A stretch of 64,000 bases of DNA. Source: Squalus acanthias. Lineage: Eukaryota. Below, in pieces: positions 1 to 12,309 of the stretch; the first letter of the stretch is position 1; each line of letters begins with the position of its first letter. The notes beneath the pieces are model-generated. The model had not been told where the DNA came from, made no database searches, and was given only the letters and a program-made list of their open reading frames with translations. Position numbers and translations under genes: made by a program. The stretch is taken from contig CM059439.1 in the NCBI GenBank assembly GCA_030390025.1, forward strand, positions 39,246,001 through 39,310,000, read 5' to 3'.

Positions 1-366
1 GCGGGGTGCCGACCGCGATCCGCCAGCCCGGCACTCCTCTTGAGTGCCGGGCTCTTTTGCCGGCACCCCGCTCCCTGGTGGTCCAGCAGGGCCCCGGTGC
101 GCGCTGCGCCAGGACCCTCCCCTTTAATCAGGGGAGGGAGGCCTGCAGTACCACGGCGCTACGTGCCGGCGTGGGTGGCGCAGCTCCACGTAGCGCCGCG
201 ATATTCAATGGGAGCGCCCCAAGAGGGAGGGGGAGTGCTTCCAGTAGTGCCCTGCCTCCTGCTTGAGGCGCTACCACTGAATTTCGGGCACTAATTTTTT
301 CGGGGCGTTAAAAGTAGCGCCCCAGCGAAGTTATCGCCCCAAAGGGGGCGCGAGCCAACTTCCCCC
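1..366. mobile_element. Right end of a GC/CpG-rich PIF/Harbinger-type MITE
   Basis: Recurrent agcgccc/gggcgc subterminal motifs and terminus aacttccccc, resembling the element at 14468-15357. Confidence 0.55.
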
Positions 367-394
367 GCTATGATTCATCTAATCAAATCCCTTT

Positions 395-1035
395 ATCATT
401 TTAAGCACCTCAATTAGATCATCCCTCAACCTTCTAAACTCAAGGGAATACAAGCCAAGTTTTTGCAACATATCCTCATAATTTAACCCTTTAAGCTCCA
501 GTATCATACTGGTGAATCTGTGCTGTACCCACTCTAAGACTAATATACCTTTCCTGAGGTACAGTGCCAAAAACTGAACACAGTACTTCAGATGGGGTCT
601 GACCCAGGCTCTGTACAACTGAAACATCACTTCCTCACTTTAGAATTCCAAGCCCCTTGAGATAAAGGCCATCATTCCATTACCCTTTTCAATTTCTTTT
701 TGTACCTGTGCACTAACCTTTAGTGCTTTGTATACATGGACATCTAAATCCCTTTTCTCCTCCGCAGCTACTAGTCTCTCACCATTAAGAAAATATTCCG
801 ATTTGACTTTCTTAAATCCAAAGTCGATGACCTCACACTTCCCCCACATTGAGCTCCTTCTGCCATCCTTACATTCTAGTGCTGTGATAGAATTAATCAT
901 TAACATTGCCATTCCACCCCCCTTTTTTCCCTCCCTATCTCCTGAAAATGTTATAACCAAGAATGTTAAGTTTCCAGTCCTGTCTGAATTTATGCCAGCT
1001 CTCCATTGCAGCTATTATATCATATCCTTCCATCA
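395..1035 (-). mobile_element. CR1 LINE fragments (ORF2 C-terminus and endonuclease start)
   Basis: ORFs contain VRPHLKYCVQF, LGLYSLEFRRLRDDLIEV and KCEVIDFG, all CR1 ORF2 motifs; frameshifted. Confidence 0.85.
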
Positions 1036-2613
1036 TTATTAATGCTGCTAAATTAATCATCAGTCTCATTTTGAATGTTTTGTGCATTAATACGCTGTAA
1101 AATGCCTTTGTGCGCTATTTTAACATAGTGGCTAATCCATTCATTTTAAAGTAAACCCTCAACCGAGGGAGACAATGGTTTGTTGGAAAGAGTGCGTTCA
1201 GTAGAGTGGCTCTTATGTTCTTATGTTTTGTATCATTGATGAATACAGTTCAGTAGTGTGTGAGATTTGGAGCATTTAGGTCACTGGCCTGAGCGTCTCC
1301 AGCTTATCTCAAAAGTGCGTGCGGGTAATCGGAAGGTTCAGTAGGTCATACATGGTCTTGTGGCAAGTGCTTACAGTATACTTAAGGATTTGTGTACAAG
1401 TATTGATTCATCCCCAGTGGCTAGATGGGTATGTAACATTTTGCAAAGAAAGTGCACAATGGGATCCACAGCTACATAATCTGAAAACCCAGCTGTGACA
1501 CCTAAAATGACTGGGGACAGTAAAAAAGGAAAAAAACTATAACCTTTCGGGTGTGCATCCTTTGTCAGAACTGAAAACTAAAAGATAAACAAGCATTTTA
1601 GTAAGGTTGGGAAAAAAAGCAGTATATTCAATTGGCTTATTTGATCAAGCCCCTCGTTCCAAAAAAATGTGTGAGCTTCAGTATCAAAGGCAAAGGTTTG
1701 TGCTTATCCACAAAACATGACTGAGAGCTGACTGCATCCTGTTGTCATCTACATTTGTGTGCATGCACAGCTTGCCTATTCCAGACAGTTCCCATAGTGA
1801 CAGTCAGTCCAAAAACAGCCGATGGGACAACACTGTTGAGAAAAATGTTATCGTCAGGAAACAGATGCATGAAAAATAGTAGATAACGAAATACAAAACT
1901 TGATCGTATGAAGAAAGTGATCTTACCAGAGAAGGTTTGCGGTGGCTCTGCTGTTAATTATCAAGATCTAACGTAGAAAAAGCTCTTCCACACACAATTA
2001 GTACTAATCATCAGGATGTTGTTCAAAACTGCATAAAGAGTGTTCACCTTTCCCTCACCCTCCTGAATGTTAAAAAAAAACAAAGCACAAATCCTTAATC
2101 AACAAAGGGAGACTTTTTTTTAATGAGTTTTCTAGCCAGTTCCTTTCAATAACTTTCCTCCAAATATTATGAGGCAGTAAACAAATCTCCCATCGGTTGC
2201 TTCGAGGTCAACCCTTGGTGTAAATTGCCTTTGTTCTGAAGAAAAAGGCGTTAGTTGCTTTACTGTTAAGAGATTCTTTGTAGCTGTCACCATAATTATA
2301 GAACATTATTATTCTGCTTCTAAGAATTTAAATGAAAGAAACAATTCTTTACAGCAAATGCTCCTTTATAATAGAGGTTTATACATTTTTGTTTTGCAAA
2401 TATTTGAAGAGGTTGCTGCTACTAACGTACTGAGCTTTGTCTTTTTTTCAAACAGATTCCTATTTTGCACTTAGTTTGTTAGAAGCTGCAGGTCATGTAA
2501 TCTCTGGGTCAGGGGAATCCTGTCTGAAAAAACAATGTCACTTATGTGTGGAATGTTAATATTTTATTAGGATGTTTTCTTTTGCATTCAGAATTTATCT
2601 TTTGAAACCAAAA

Positions 2614-3139
2614 GGGACGATTTTCAATTCATGGCTGCCCATTTCTTGCCTGAAAATGGGCGGAGAGCAATTGAAAATCGGAGGGACGCCTCAGATGGCC
2701 CATTAACGTCCGAGGCCTGCCTGATGCAATTTTCAGGTAAACGGGTGAGCAGCCTGCCTGCCTGAAACAGGCAGAAAGCTGCTTAAATATGCATATCGGG
2801 GTCCTACTCTGGTTGTACAACCACGATTGCAATTCTCAGGTACAAATGGATAGAGTGTGTGGCATGTGCGCTCCACTCCGCCTAACCAGCGACTTTTAAA
2901 GGGACCTTTGGAGGATGCTCAAAAAACGGACCAGGGAACATTATTTTTTTGGTGGTCTGGCCTGTTCGAGGTGGGTCACGTCCCTACCCCAGCTTGAAAC
3001 CTGGCCAATTTTCCGCTCTCTCACAACCAGTGAGCTGCAACCCTGGAGCTTGCCAGTTCTGTGGTAATGAGGCCGCGCACGCAAAATGGCTTGGGCCTCA
3101 CGCTGGCACAAATGGGCGGGTACAATTGTAAAATCACCC
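2614..3139. mobile_element. Harbinger-type MITE
   Basis: Imperfect TIRs gggacgattttcaatt...gcccattt and aaatgggc...aattgtaaaatcaccc. Confidence 0.6.
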
Positions 3140-3382
3140 TCCAAGTAGCAATAGATTCTGTGGAATGGTTTTGTAGTTTCAAGATGACATGACAAGGAAA
3201 AGAAATATACAATACTGCTTTTTCTTAGAACTAGAAACAAAACCGGGAATAAAACATTATTAAACAGGCAATTGAGAAGAAAACCCCATTATCCTTTGTT
3301 ATGACTGATTCTCTGCTGTGAAATACACTGTGGACTCAGAATCCAGCACAGAAGGTTATGAAGCACCTTATTGTTAACAATA

Positions 3383-3490
3383 GGGCTCCCATGCTGACAC
3401 AGCTGGTAACTTTGCTATCTAGTGTAGAACTGAGCCATACACCAGGAAGGTCCCAGGTTCTGTGCTACATTTGCTGATCTCAGCAAGGGT
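3383..3490 (+). mobile_element. tRNA-derived SINE 5' fragment (AmnSINE2-like)
   Basis: Motif ctgagccatac..accaggaaggtcccaggttc..gctgatctcagc is shared with copies near 14210, 47135 and 47910. Confidence 0.5.
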
Positions 3491-3491
3491 A

Positions 3492-3650
3492 GGGTCCGTG
3501 TTGGGACCATTGCTCTCCCCAATGTATAAATAATCTGGATTTGGATGTAAGGGGCACAATATCAAAATTTGCAGTGGGCACAAAAATAGGGAGTGTGGTT
3601 AACTCTGAGGAGGACTGAAATGAACTGAAGGAAGACATAGGTTAGTAGAA
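3492..3650 (+). mobile_element. CR1 reverse transcriptase fragment
   Basis: Encodes GSVLGPLL and a degenerate SKFADDTKIG-like segment. Confidence 0.65.
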
Positions 3651-3655
3651 ATTTA

Positions 3656-4206
3656 GGGCTGAATTTTGCCGGCGCTCAGAGGGCAGGTTCGGAGGCGGGT
3701 CCGCTGTCAAAATGGCAGTGATTGACAGCGGGGTGGAAGTCCGCTCTGAACCCGCTTCCTTGTTAATTTCCCAAGTGCTGGCCCTGCTTGCGGTTTGCAG
3801 ACCCGGCACTAAGTGGCGGGTCAGGCAATTGAGATACTTGAAAAGCTGCTTAAAGGTATTTAAACAACATTTTACCAGGTCCTAACAATTTTTCCATGTT
3901 TTTTACGAGGTTCCCGGCGCTCGGGGATCACGTCAGGTAATTGTGTCGGGTTCTCAACGACTGCATTGCTGTGAATAGTTGACAGCTGCAAAAGTGGTAT
4001 AATAGCTACCATTTCACAGCTGTTCAATCTCCAATCTTAGAGTCTGGAGCCTTCAGGATTTGGAATACACTCTTCAGCAGGGCGGGCTTAACGAGGCGAA
4101 TCTACGGAAAATCATTTTCCGAGAGCGGCTGCAGACGGGAGCGGGACCGGAATCCGCCAACCAACTCACCCGCCGCCATCCCGCCTCTTCAGGGAAAATC
4201 ATGCCC
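3656..4206. mobile_element. Harbinger MITE, an internally deleted relative of the 52324-54068 family
   Basis: TIRs gggctgaatttt and aaaatcatgccc. The left part resembles 52324-52690 and the right part resembles 8940-9060. Confidence 0.7.
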
Positions 4207-4209
4207 AAA

Positions 4210-5930
4210 GCATTTGCTTAATTTCTCTGCCATTTCCTTATTTCCCCATTATAATTTCTCCTGTCTCAGCCTGTAAGGGACCCACATTTACTTTCGCTAA
4301 TCTTTTCCTTTTTACATACCTATAGAAGCTTTTACAATCTGTTTTTATGTCTCTCGCTAGTTTACTCTCATATTCTATTTTCCCTTTCTTCATCAATTTC
4401 TTGGTCCTCCTTTGCTGAATTCTAAAATCCTCCCACTCCTCAGGCTTACTACTCTTTTTTGTAACATTATAAGCCTCTTCCTTTGATCTAATACTATCTT
4501 TAACTTCTCTTGTTAGCCACAGTTGGAGCACTTTTCCTGTGGGGTTTTTGTGCCTTAATGGAATGTATATTTGTTGTAAATTATGTATTAATTCTTTAAA
4601 TGCTAGCCATTGCTTCTCTACCATCATACCTTTTAAAGTAGTTTCCCAATCTACCGTAGCCAACTTGCTCCTCGTACCTACATAGTTTGCTTTGTTTAGA
4701 TTTAAGACCCTAGTTTTGGATTTAACTAAATCACTTTCAAACTCAATATAAAATTCTATCATATTATGGTCACTCTTCCCTAAAGACCCCCTTACTACAA
4801 GGTTATTAATTAACCCTTTCTTGTTGCACAATACTAGATCTAAACTAGCCTATTCCCTAGTTGGTTGCTCAACATGCTGATCTAGAAAACTATCTTGCAT
4901 ACATTCCATGAATTCATCCTCTACACTATTACTGCCAATTTGGTTTGCCCAGTCTATATGTAGATTAAAGTCCCCCATGATTACTGTATTACCCTTGTTA
5001 CATACGCCTCTAATTTCCTGATTTATACTCTGCCCTACATTACAATTACTGTTTGGGGGCCTATAAACAACTCCCACCAATGTTTTCTGCCACTTGCTGT
5101 TTCTTAGCTCCACCCAAACTGATTTTACTTCTTGATTTTCGGCGCTAAAATCCTTTCTCTCCACTGTCTTTATCCCATCTTTTATTATCAGGGCTAACAC
5201 TCCTCCTTTTCCATTTTCCCTTTCTCTTCTAAAAGTTAAGTATCCTGAAATATTTAGTTCCCAACCTTGGCCGCATTGCAACCACATCTCCGTAATGGCT
5301 ATTAGATCAAACCTATTAAATTCTATCTGCGCTATTAATTCATCACGCATTCAGATATAGTGACTTTAGCTTTGACTTTTTCCTATTTTTCCCTGATTCA
5401 CCTTACTCACTGATGCCTTATTACTTTTGTTACTCTCTCTGCCCTTTCCTGACCCACTCTGCTTATTTTTACCCAAAACTCTGCTCTAGAGCCTTGACAT
5501 TTCTCTCGCTGCTTTTAAATTTACTCATTCCTGAATCATCCCAACCCCCCCCTTCATTAGTTTACAGCCCTGTCTATCGCCCTAGTTATTCGGTTCGCCA
5601 GGACACTGGTCTCAGCCCGGTTTAAGTGGAGCCCGTCCCAACGGAACAGCTCCCTCTTTCCCCAGTATTCGTGCCAGTGCCCCATGAACTGAAACCCCTT
5701 CCTCCCACTCTTTGAACCACGCATTTAAATCTCTAATCTGTTTGTCCCTATGCCAATTTGCACGTGGCTCAGGTAATAATCCAGAGATTATTACCTTTGA
5801 GGTTCTGCTTTTTAATTTGGATCCTAGCTCCTCAAACTCCCTCAGCAGAACCTCATTCCTAGTTCTACCTATGTCGTTGGTTCCTACCTGGACCACGACA
5901 ACTGTATCCTCCCCCTCCCACTCCAAGTTC
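4210..5930 (-). mobile_element. CR1 LINE 5'/middle portion: ORF1 SGNH-esterase-like C-terminus plus ORF2 AP-endonuclease
   Basis: VVVQVGTNDIG (esterase block); DLIAITEMW, GVVYRPPN, IMGDFN and GKSDHN (APE motifs). Broken by frameshifts. Confidence 0.9.
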
Positions 5931-8900
5931 AGCATCACCGGGCACACAAGCAGCACCAATATCCACATCAACCTTCTCTGCAATCAACTGATGCTGCACA
6001 AGACACAGGGCATCATTACCCGTGCACACTGCTGCCTGGGACGCCAGCGATGGCCTCACCATGTCCAGATTTACTTCACTCAACACTGTACACCCTGGCT
6101 GCTACATGATGCACCAGGTTGGCCCGACCCCACATCAGCACCTTAAAGCATCCCTACAATGACCAAGCCATTCCTTTCACACTCATCACCATTGGGGGGG
6201 CGGGGACATTATGTCTCACCATTCACTGGAACTCACTACAACACTTCGAAAGGTGCACAGAAATCCGTCCAAGAAGGCAAAGTGTTGAAAATAAAGATTT
6301 CAATGCTTGACAACACATTAACTGAAACTTTAATTGAACATTGGCTAAAGCACACAAGTGCCTACCCTTGTGTGTTGTTAATTTGAATGATTGGACAAGG
6401 ATGAGGGTGAGTGTGAGAGGTAGCTAGTGAGATGGGGAAGTGATAACGTAGATAGAGAGGGATGGGTGGAGGTGGAAGGTAAGTTGGTATGAGTAAGGAT
6501 GTGCAGGAGTAGGGTAGGGAAGGCAGAGTGATGGGGATGTGATGAGTGGCTCAGGAGGATGAGGTTGAGTGTGGCTTTGCAGTAACGTTCCGTGATCTAC
6601 TGAGATCATTGAAAGGTTTGCACCACTGCAGCCAGGTCATCCTGACAACATCCCTGCTTGTGCCTTCCTGTGCAATGTGAGAAAGAAAGATTTTAAGAGA
6701 AGGGAGCACCATCCGTGGCTAAATAAGGCAGTAAAGGATGGTATCAAATTGAAAACGAAGGCATACAATGTTGCCAGGATTGGTGGGAGACCAGAGGATT
6801 GGGAAATTTTTAAAAACCAGCAAAGGATGACTAAAAAAATAATAAAGAGAGAGAAGATGAATTATGAGAGTAAGCTGGCAAGAAACATTAAAGCAGATAG
6901 TAAGAGCTTCTACAGGTATATAAAAAGGAAGAGGGTAGCTAAAGTAAATGTTGGTCCCTTAGAGGGTGAGACTGGGGAATGAATAATGAGGAACGGGGAA
7001 ATGGCAGAGACTCTGAACAAATATTTTGCATCTGTCTTCACTGTAGAAGACACTAACAACATCCCAATAATGGATAATCAAGGGGCCACAGGGAGTGGGG
7101 AACTAAAGACAATCACTATCACTAAGGAAATAGTACTCAGTAAAATAATGGGACTAAAAGACAACAAGTCCCCTGGACCAGATGGCCTGCATCCCAGGGT
7201 CTTAAAAGAAGTGGCTGCAGAGATAGTGGATGCATTGGTTGCAATATACCAAAATTCCCTGGACTCTGGAGAGGTCCCAGCAGATTGGAAAACCGCTAAT
7301 GTAACACCCTATTTAAGAAAGGAGGGAGACAGAAAGCAGGAAACAATATACCAGTTAGCCTAACATCTGTCGTTGGGAAACTGCTGGAGTCCTTCATTAA
7401 GGAAGCAGTAGCAGGGCATTTAGAAAAACATACTGCAGTCAAACAGAGTCAGCATGGTTTTATGAAAGGGAAATCATGTTTAACAAATTTGCTGGAGTTC
7501 TTTGAGGATGTATCAAGCAGGGTGGACAAGGGTGAGCCAGTGGATGTGGTGTATTTGGATTTCCAGAAGGCATTCGATAAGGTGCCACATAAAAGGTTAC
7601 TGCATAAGATAAGAGCTCACGGAGTTGGGGGTAATATATTAGCATGGATAGAGAATTGGCTAACTAACAGAAAGCAGAGAGTCGGGATAAATGGGTCATT
7701 TTCTGGTTGGCAAACGGTAACTAGTGGGGTGCTACAAGGATCGGTGCTGGGGCCCCAATATTTACAATCTACATTAATGACTTGAATGAAGGGATCGCGT
7801 GTAATGTAGCCAAGTTTGTGGATGATACAAAGATGGGTGGGAAAGCAAGTTGTGCAGAGGACTCAAAGAATCTGCAAAGGGATATAGACAGGCTAGGTGA
7901 GTGGGCAAACATTTGGCACATGGAGTATAATGTGGAAAAGTGTGAGGTTATCCACTTTGGCAGGAAAAATAAAAATTATTATTTAAATGGAGAGAGATTA
8001 CAAAATGCTACAGTTCAGAGGGACCTAGGGGTCCTTGTGCATGAAACACAAAAGGTTAGCATGGAGGTAGAGCAAGTAATCAAAAAGGCAAATGGAATGT
8101 TGGCCTTTATTTCAAGGGGGTTGGAGTATAAAAGCAGGGAAGTCCTGCTACAACTGTACAAGGTATTGGTGAGACCACACCTTGAGTACTGCGTACAGTT
8201 TTGGTCTCCTTATTTAAGGAAGGATATACTTGCATTGGAGGCAGTTCAGAGACGATTCACTAGGTTAATTCCAGAGATGAGGGGTTTGACTTATGAGGAA
8301 AGGTTGAGCAGGCTGGGCCTATACTCATTGGAATTTAGAAGAATGAGAGGTGATCTTATTGAAACATATAAGATACTGAGGGGGCTCGACAGGGTAGATG
8401 CAGAGAGGATGTTTCCCCTCATGGGGAAATCTAGAACTCGGGGGCACAGTCTCAGAATAAAGGGTCGCCCTTTTAGAACTGAGATGAGGAGGAACTTCTT
8501 CTCTCAGAGGGTCGTAAATTTGTGGAATTCTCTGCCCCAGAGCGCTGTGGAGGCTGGGTCATTAAATACATTTAAGGTGGAGATAGACAGATTTTTGCAA
8601 GATAAGGGAGTGAAGGGTTATGGGGAGCGGGCTGGGAAGTGGCTTTGAGCCCAAGATCAGCCATGATCTTATTGAATGGCGGAGCAGGCTCGAGGGGCCA
8701 AGTGGCCTATTCCTGCTCCTATTTCTTATGTTCTTATGCAACCAGGCTGCGTTGGTGTCCTGGGGAGGTGTCTTCCGCCCATGGGAAGGGAAGAGAACCT
8801 CCCTGCATGCTGTGACTCCCTCCATATGGACAGCACAACTGTCAAAATGAATATGGCCGTGGTCCCTTTAAGGAAACCGACTGATGACGCGTCATCAAAT

Positions 8901-9060
8901 GACATCATCAGACCCGCTTTCTATTAATTGGCCGGGAACCTCGCAGGGCGGGCTTAACAACCCCTATTAATGGAAAATCTTGTTGGAGGCTGGGTTCAAG
9001 ACAGATGTGGGGTCCCCACACTCCATGGACGTCACTTGCCGAGGTTGGAAAAATCCAGCC
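5931..9060. mobile_element. Non-autonomous Harbinger element (left end missing) interrupted by a CR1 insertion
   Basis: 5931-6679 plus 8739-9060 are collinear with 52900-54068. Right TIR is aaaatccagccc. The Myb-like exon on the minus strand is split by the LINE. Confidence 0.8.
6680..8738 (+). mobile_element. 5'-truncated CR1 LINE (reverse transcriptase to 3' end)
   Basis: KSPGPDG, VVYLDFQKAFDKVPH, QGSVLGP, KFVDDTK and VRPHLEYCVQFW motifs; 3' tail (ttcttatg)n; a few frameshifts and stops. Confidence 0.95.
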
Positions 9061-9064
9061 CAGA

Positions 9065-9270
9065 GGTTCAGATACAGAAATCTTTAAATATAGAAGGACA
9101 ACTTGATAAAGTTGTAAAAAAGAAAGGATCCTAGTTTTTATAAATAGGGTCATAGAGTACAAAAGCAAGGAGGTAATACTAAACCCATGCAAATCATTGC
9201 TTAGGCTACAGTTAGAATACTGTGTCCAGTTTTGGGAACTATGTTTAGAAAGGATGTTACAAATTTAAGG
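9065..9270 (+). mobile_element. Old CR1 ORF2 C-terminal fragment
   Basis: Degenerate GFINRVIEYKSKEV and LEYCVQFW motifs. Confidence 0.6.
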
Positions 9271-10521
9271 TCTACACTAGATTCAGTGTCGCCCGTCACC
9301 CCAGTAAACAGACCCCGTATCCTGTAGGTTCTGGAGCGTACATTTACTGCCCTATATGGAGTTAACCAATAGCATGACCCAGGGATTGTAACAATAAGAC
9401 CCCTCATTGTGCATGCCACCACGTGTGATATCCTGTCTTTCAGAAGGTGAACTAATAAACACATGTGAGACAATGCCAATTGTGAACCAACAAACTGGTA
9501 TATTTTACACAAAGTATATGAATGAACACAAATACAGCTTTTAGTGAGATTCAATCAATTTGATATAAAGAAAGAACTTTTAGCACCTTTCACGTCAGGA
9601 CGTCCCAAAGCCCTTTACAGCCAGTGAAGTACTTTTGAAGTATATTCACTGTTGTAAGGTAGAAAATTGCTCTTTATACCATAAAAAAAATAAAAATAAA
9701 AATACATGATTTTGCTCTTTGATGTGGACTAATTCACTTTACAAATCATTAATTTCTGGACTGACTGGCATCAACATTCAAAAGTAAGACTCTGACTGTT
9801 TTATAATCAAAACTAACTAAGACTGCCTTTTTAGAGAGAGAGAGAGAAATACAAAAGCGTGCCTGATGACACCTGCTTTAGTTCTTTGTGTCAAAGATTG
9901 GCTTGCTGAGCTGCCAATAAAAGGTATCATCTTAAATGAGAAACTTCCCATCTTGGTGTTATCTGTTTAGCTAAGCCATTTGCTGAGTGCCTGTGATTGA
10001 AAACCAGTCTAACATTAAAGGAACAAACCATTTTATGTGATGAATACTTCTCCATTGTTTCAAACTGATCTGGTATGTGAGAATACAAAATTCTTAATAG
10101 CTGCTTCATCTGGTACTCCAGCTTGTGGTCCTAATCAACATATTGAGTAACCTTTGTGTTTCTGGGAGATATTCCTTTGTGAACTGAATTTAACTTTAAT
10201 GCAACATCATAGTATAAATCAAACTAATCCCTTCAAAGCCAAATAGGTAAAAATCTCAAAATGCTACTAATGCCAAGACCATGGATAGGGTGCACAGGAG
10301 ATTCTTTAAGTTGATGCATGAGATCAGAGGCTTTAGTTTTGAAGAAAGATTGGAGAAACTGGGCCTCTTTTCATTAGAATAGAGAAGGCTAAGGGGGAGG
10401 CTTGTTAAAGGTGTTCAAAATTATGATGGATAAATCAGGAAAAACAGTTTTCACTGGTCAATGAGCCTGTACCTCAAGGAGTCTAGGATACAAGATCACC
10501 AGCAAAATGCTCCACCAGAAG

Positions 10522-12127
10522 TTTTTTTTTATTCATTCCTGGGATGTGGGCGTTGCTGGCGAGGCCAGCATTTATCGCCCATCCCTAACTGCCCTTGAGA
10601 AGGTGGTGGTGAGCCGCCTTCTTGAACCGCTGCAGTCCGTGTGGTGAAGGTACTCCCACAGTGCTGTTAGGAAGGGAGTTCCAGGATTTTGACCCAGCGA
10701 CGCTGAAGGAACGGCGATATATTTCCAAGTCAGGATGGTGTGTGACTTGGAGGGGAAGGTGTTCCCATGCGCCTGCTGCCCTTGTCCTTCTAGGTGGAAG
10801 AGATCACGGGTTTGGGAGGTGCTGTTGAAGAAGCCTTGGCGAGTTGCTGCAGTGCATCTTGTAGATGGTACACACTGCAGCCACGGTACGCTGGTGGTGG
10901 AGGGAGTGAATGTTTAAGGTGGTGGATGAGGTGTCAATCAAACGGGCTGCTTTGTCCTGGATGGTGTCGAACTTTTTGAGTGTTGTTGGAGCTGCACTCA
11001 TCCAGGCAAGTGGAGAGTATTCCATCATACTCCTGACTTGTGCCCTGTAGATGGTGGAAAGACGGGACTTCATCTCCACAAGGACTGTGCGGTGGTCACT
11101 GTTACCAATACTGTCATGGACAGATGCATCTGCGACAGGTAGATTGGTGAGGACGAGGTCAAGTAGGTTTTTCCCTCGTGTTGGTTCTCTCACCACCTGC
11201 TGCAGGCCCAGTCTGGAAGATATATCCTTCAGTACTCGGCCAGCTCAGTCAGTAGTGGTGCTACAGAGCCACTCTTGGTGATGGACATTGAAGTCCCCCA
11301 CCCAGAGTACATTCTGTACCCTTGCTGCCCTCAGTGCTTCTTCCAAGTGGTGTTCAACATGGAGGAGTACTGATTTATCAGCTGAGAGAGGGTGGTAGGT
11401 GGTAATCAGCAGGAGGTTTCCTTGCCCATGCTTGACCTGAAGCCATGAGACTTCATGGGGTCCGGAGTCAATGTTGAGGACTCCCAGGGCCACTCCCTCC
11501 CGACTGTATACTACTGTGCCACCTCCTCTGGTGGGTATGTCCCGTCCCACAGGGATGGTGATGGAGGAGTCTGGCTGAAATGTATGATCTGTGAATATGA
11601 CTGTCAGGCTGTTGCTTGACTAGTCTGTGGGACAGCTCTCCCAATTTTGGCACAAGTCCCCACAAGATGTTAGTGAGGAGGACTTTACAGGGTCGACTGG
11701 GCTGGGTGTGCCGTTGTCGTGTCCGAAGCCAGTGCCAAGGTCGATGCCGCGTGGTCCATTCAGTATTATTCTTATTATTGTTTTTTGTAGCGGTTTTGTA
11801 CAACTGAGTGACTTGCTAGGCCTTTTCAGAGGGCAGTTAAGAGTCAACCACATTGCTGTGGGTCTGGAGTCACATATAGGCCAGACCAGGTAAGGACGGC
11901 AGATTTCCTTCCCTAAAGGACATTAGTGAACCAGATGGGTTTTTACGACAATCCGATAGTTCCATGGTCACCATTACTGTTGCTAGCTTTTTATTCCAGA
12001 TTTATTTAATTAACTGAATTTAAATTCCCCAGCTGCCGTGGTGCGATTTGAACTCACGTCTCCAGCTCATTAGTCCAGGCCTCTGGATTACTAGTCCAGT
12101 GACATAACCACTATGCTGCTGTACCCC
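10522..12127 (-). mobile_element. CR1/L2-group LINE derivative with a tRNA-like 5' head and an internal deletion of most of the RT
   Basis: Head has A-box-like agcatagtggtt and B-box-like gagttcaaatc. Endonuclease motifs WVGDFNVHH, PTRGKNLLDLVL and SDH join directly to the ORF2 C-terminus (QVRSMMEYSPLAW). Poly(A) tail at 10522-10530. Inserted into an older CR1 3' fragment. Confidence 0.8.
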
Positions 12128-12309
12128 TACTGTGGAAGCAGAATCCATAAAAGCTTTAAAAATGGAACTGAATAAATATTTCAAAATTAATCTGAAAGGG
12201 AATGGGGAAAGGTAAGGATAATGGGACTAAGCAAATGGCTTTTTGAGAGAGCTGGTACAGGTCCAGTGGGGCAAATGGTCTCAATCTGTGCTGTAAAATT
12301 TAATGATTC

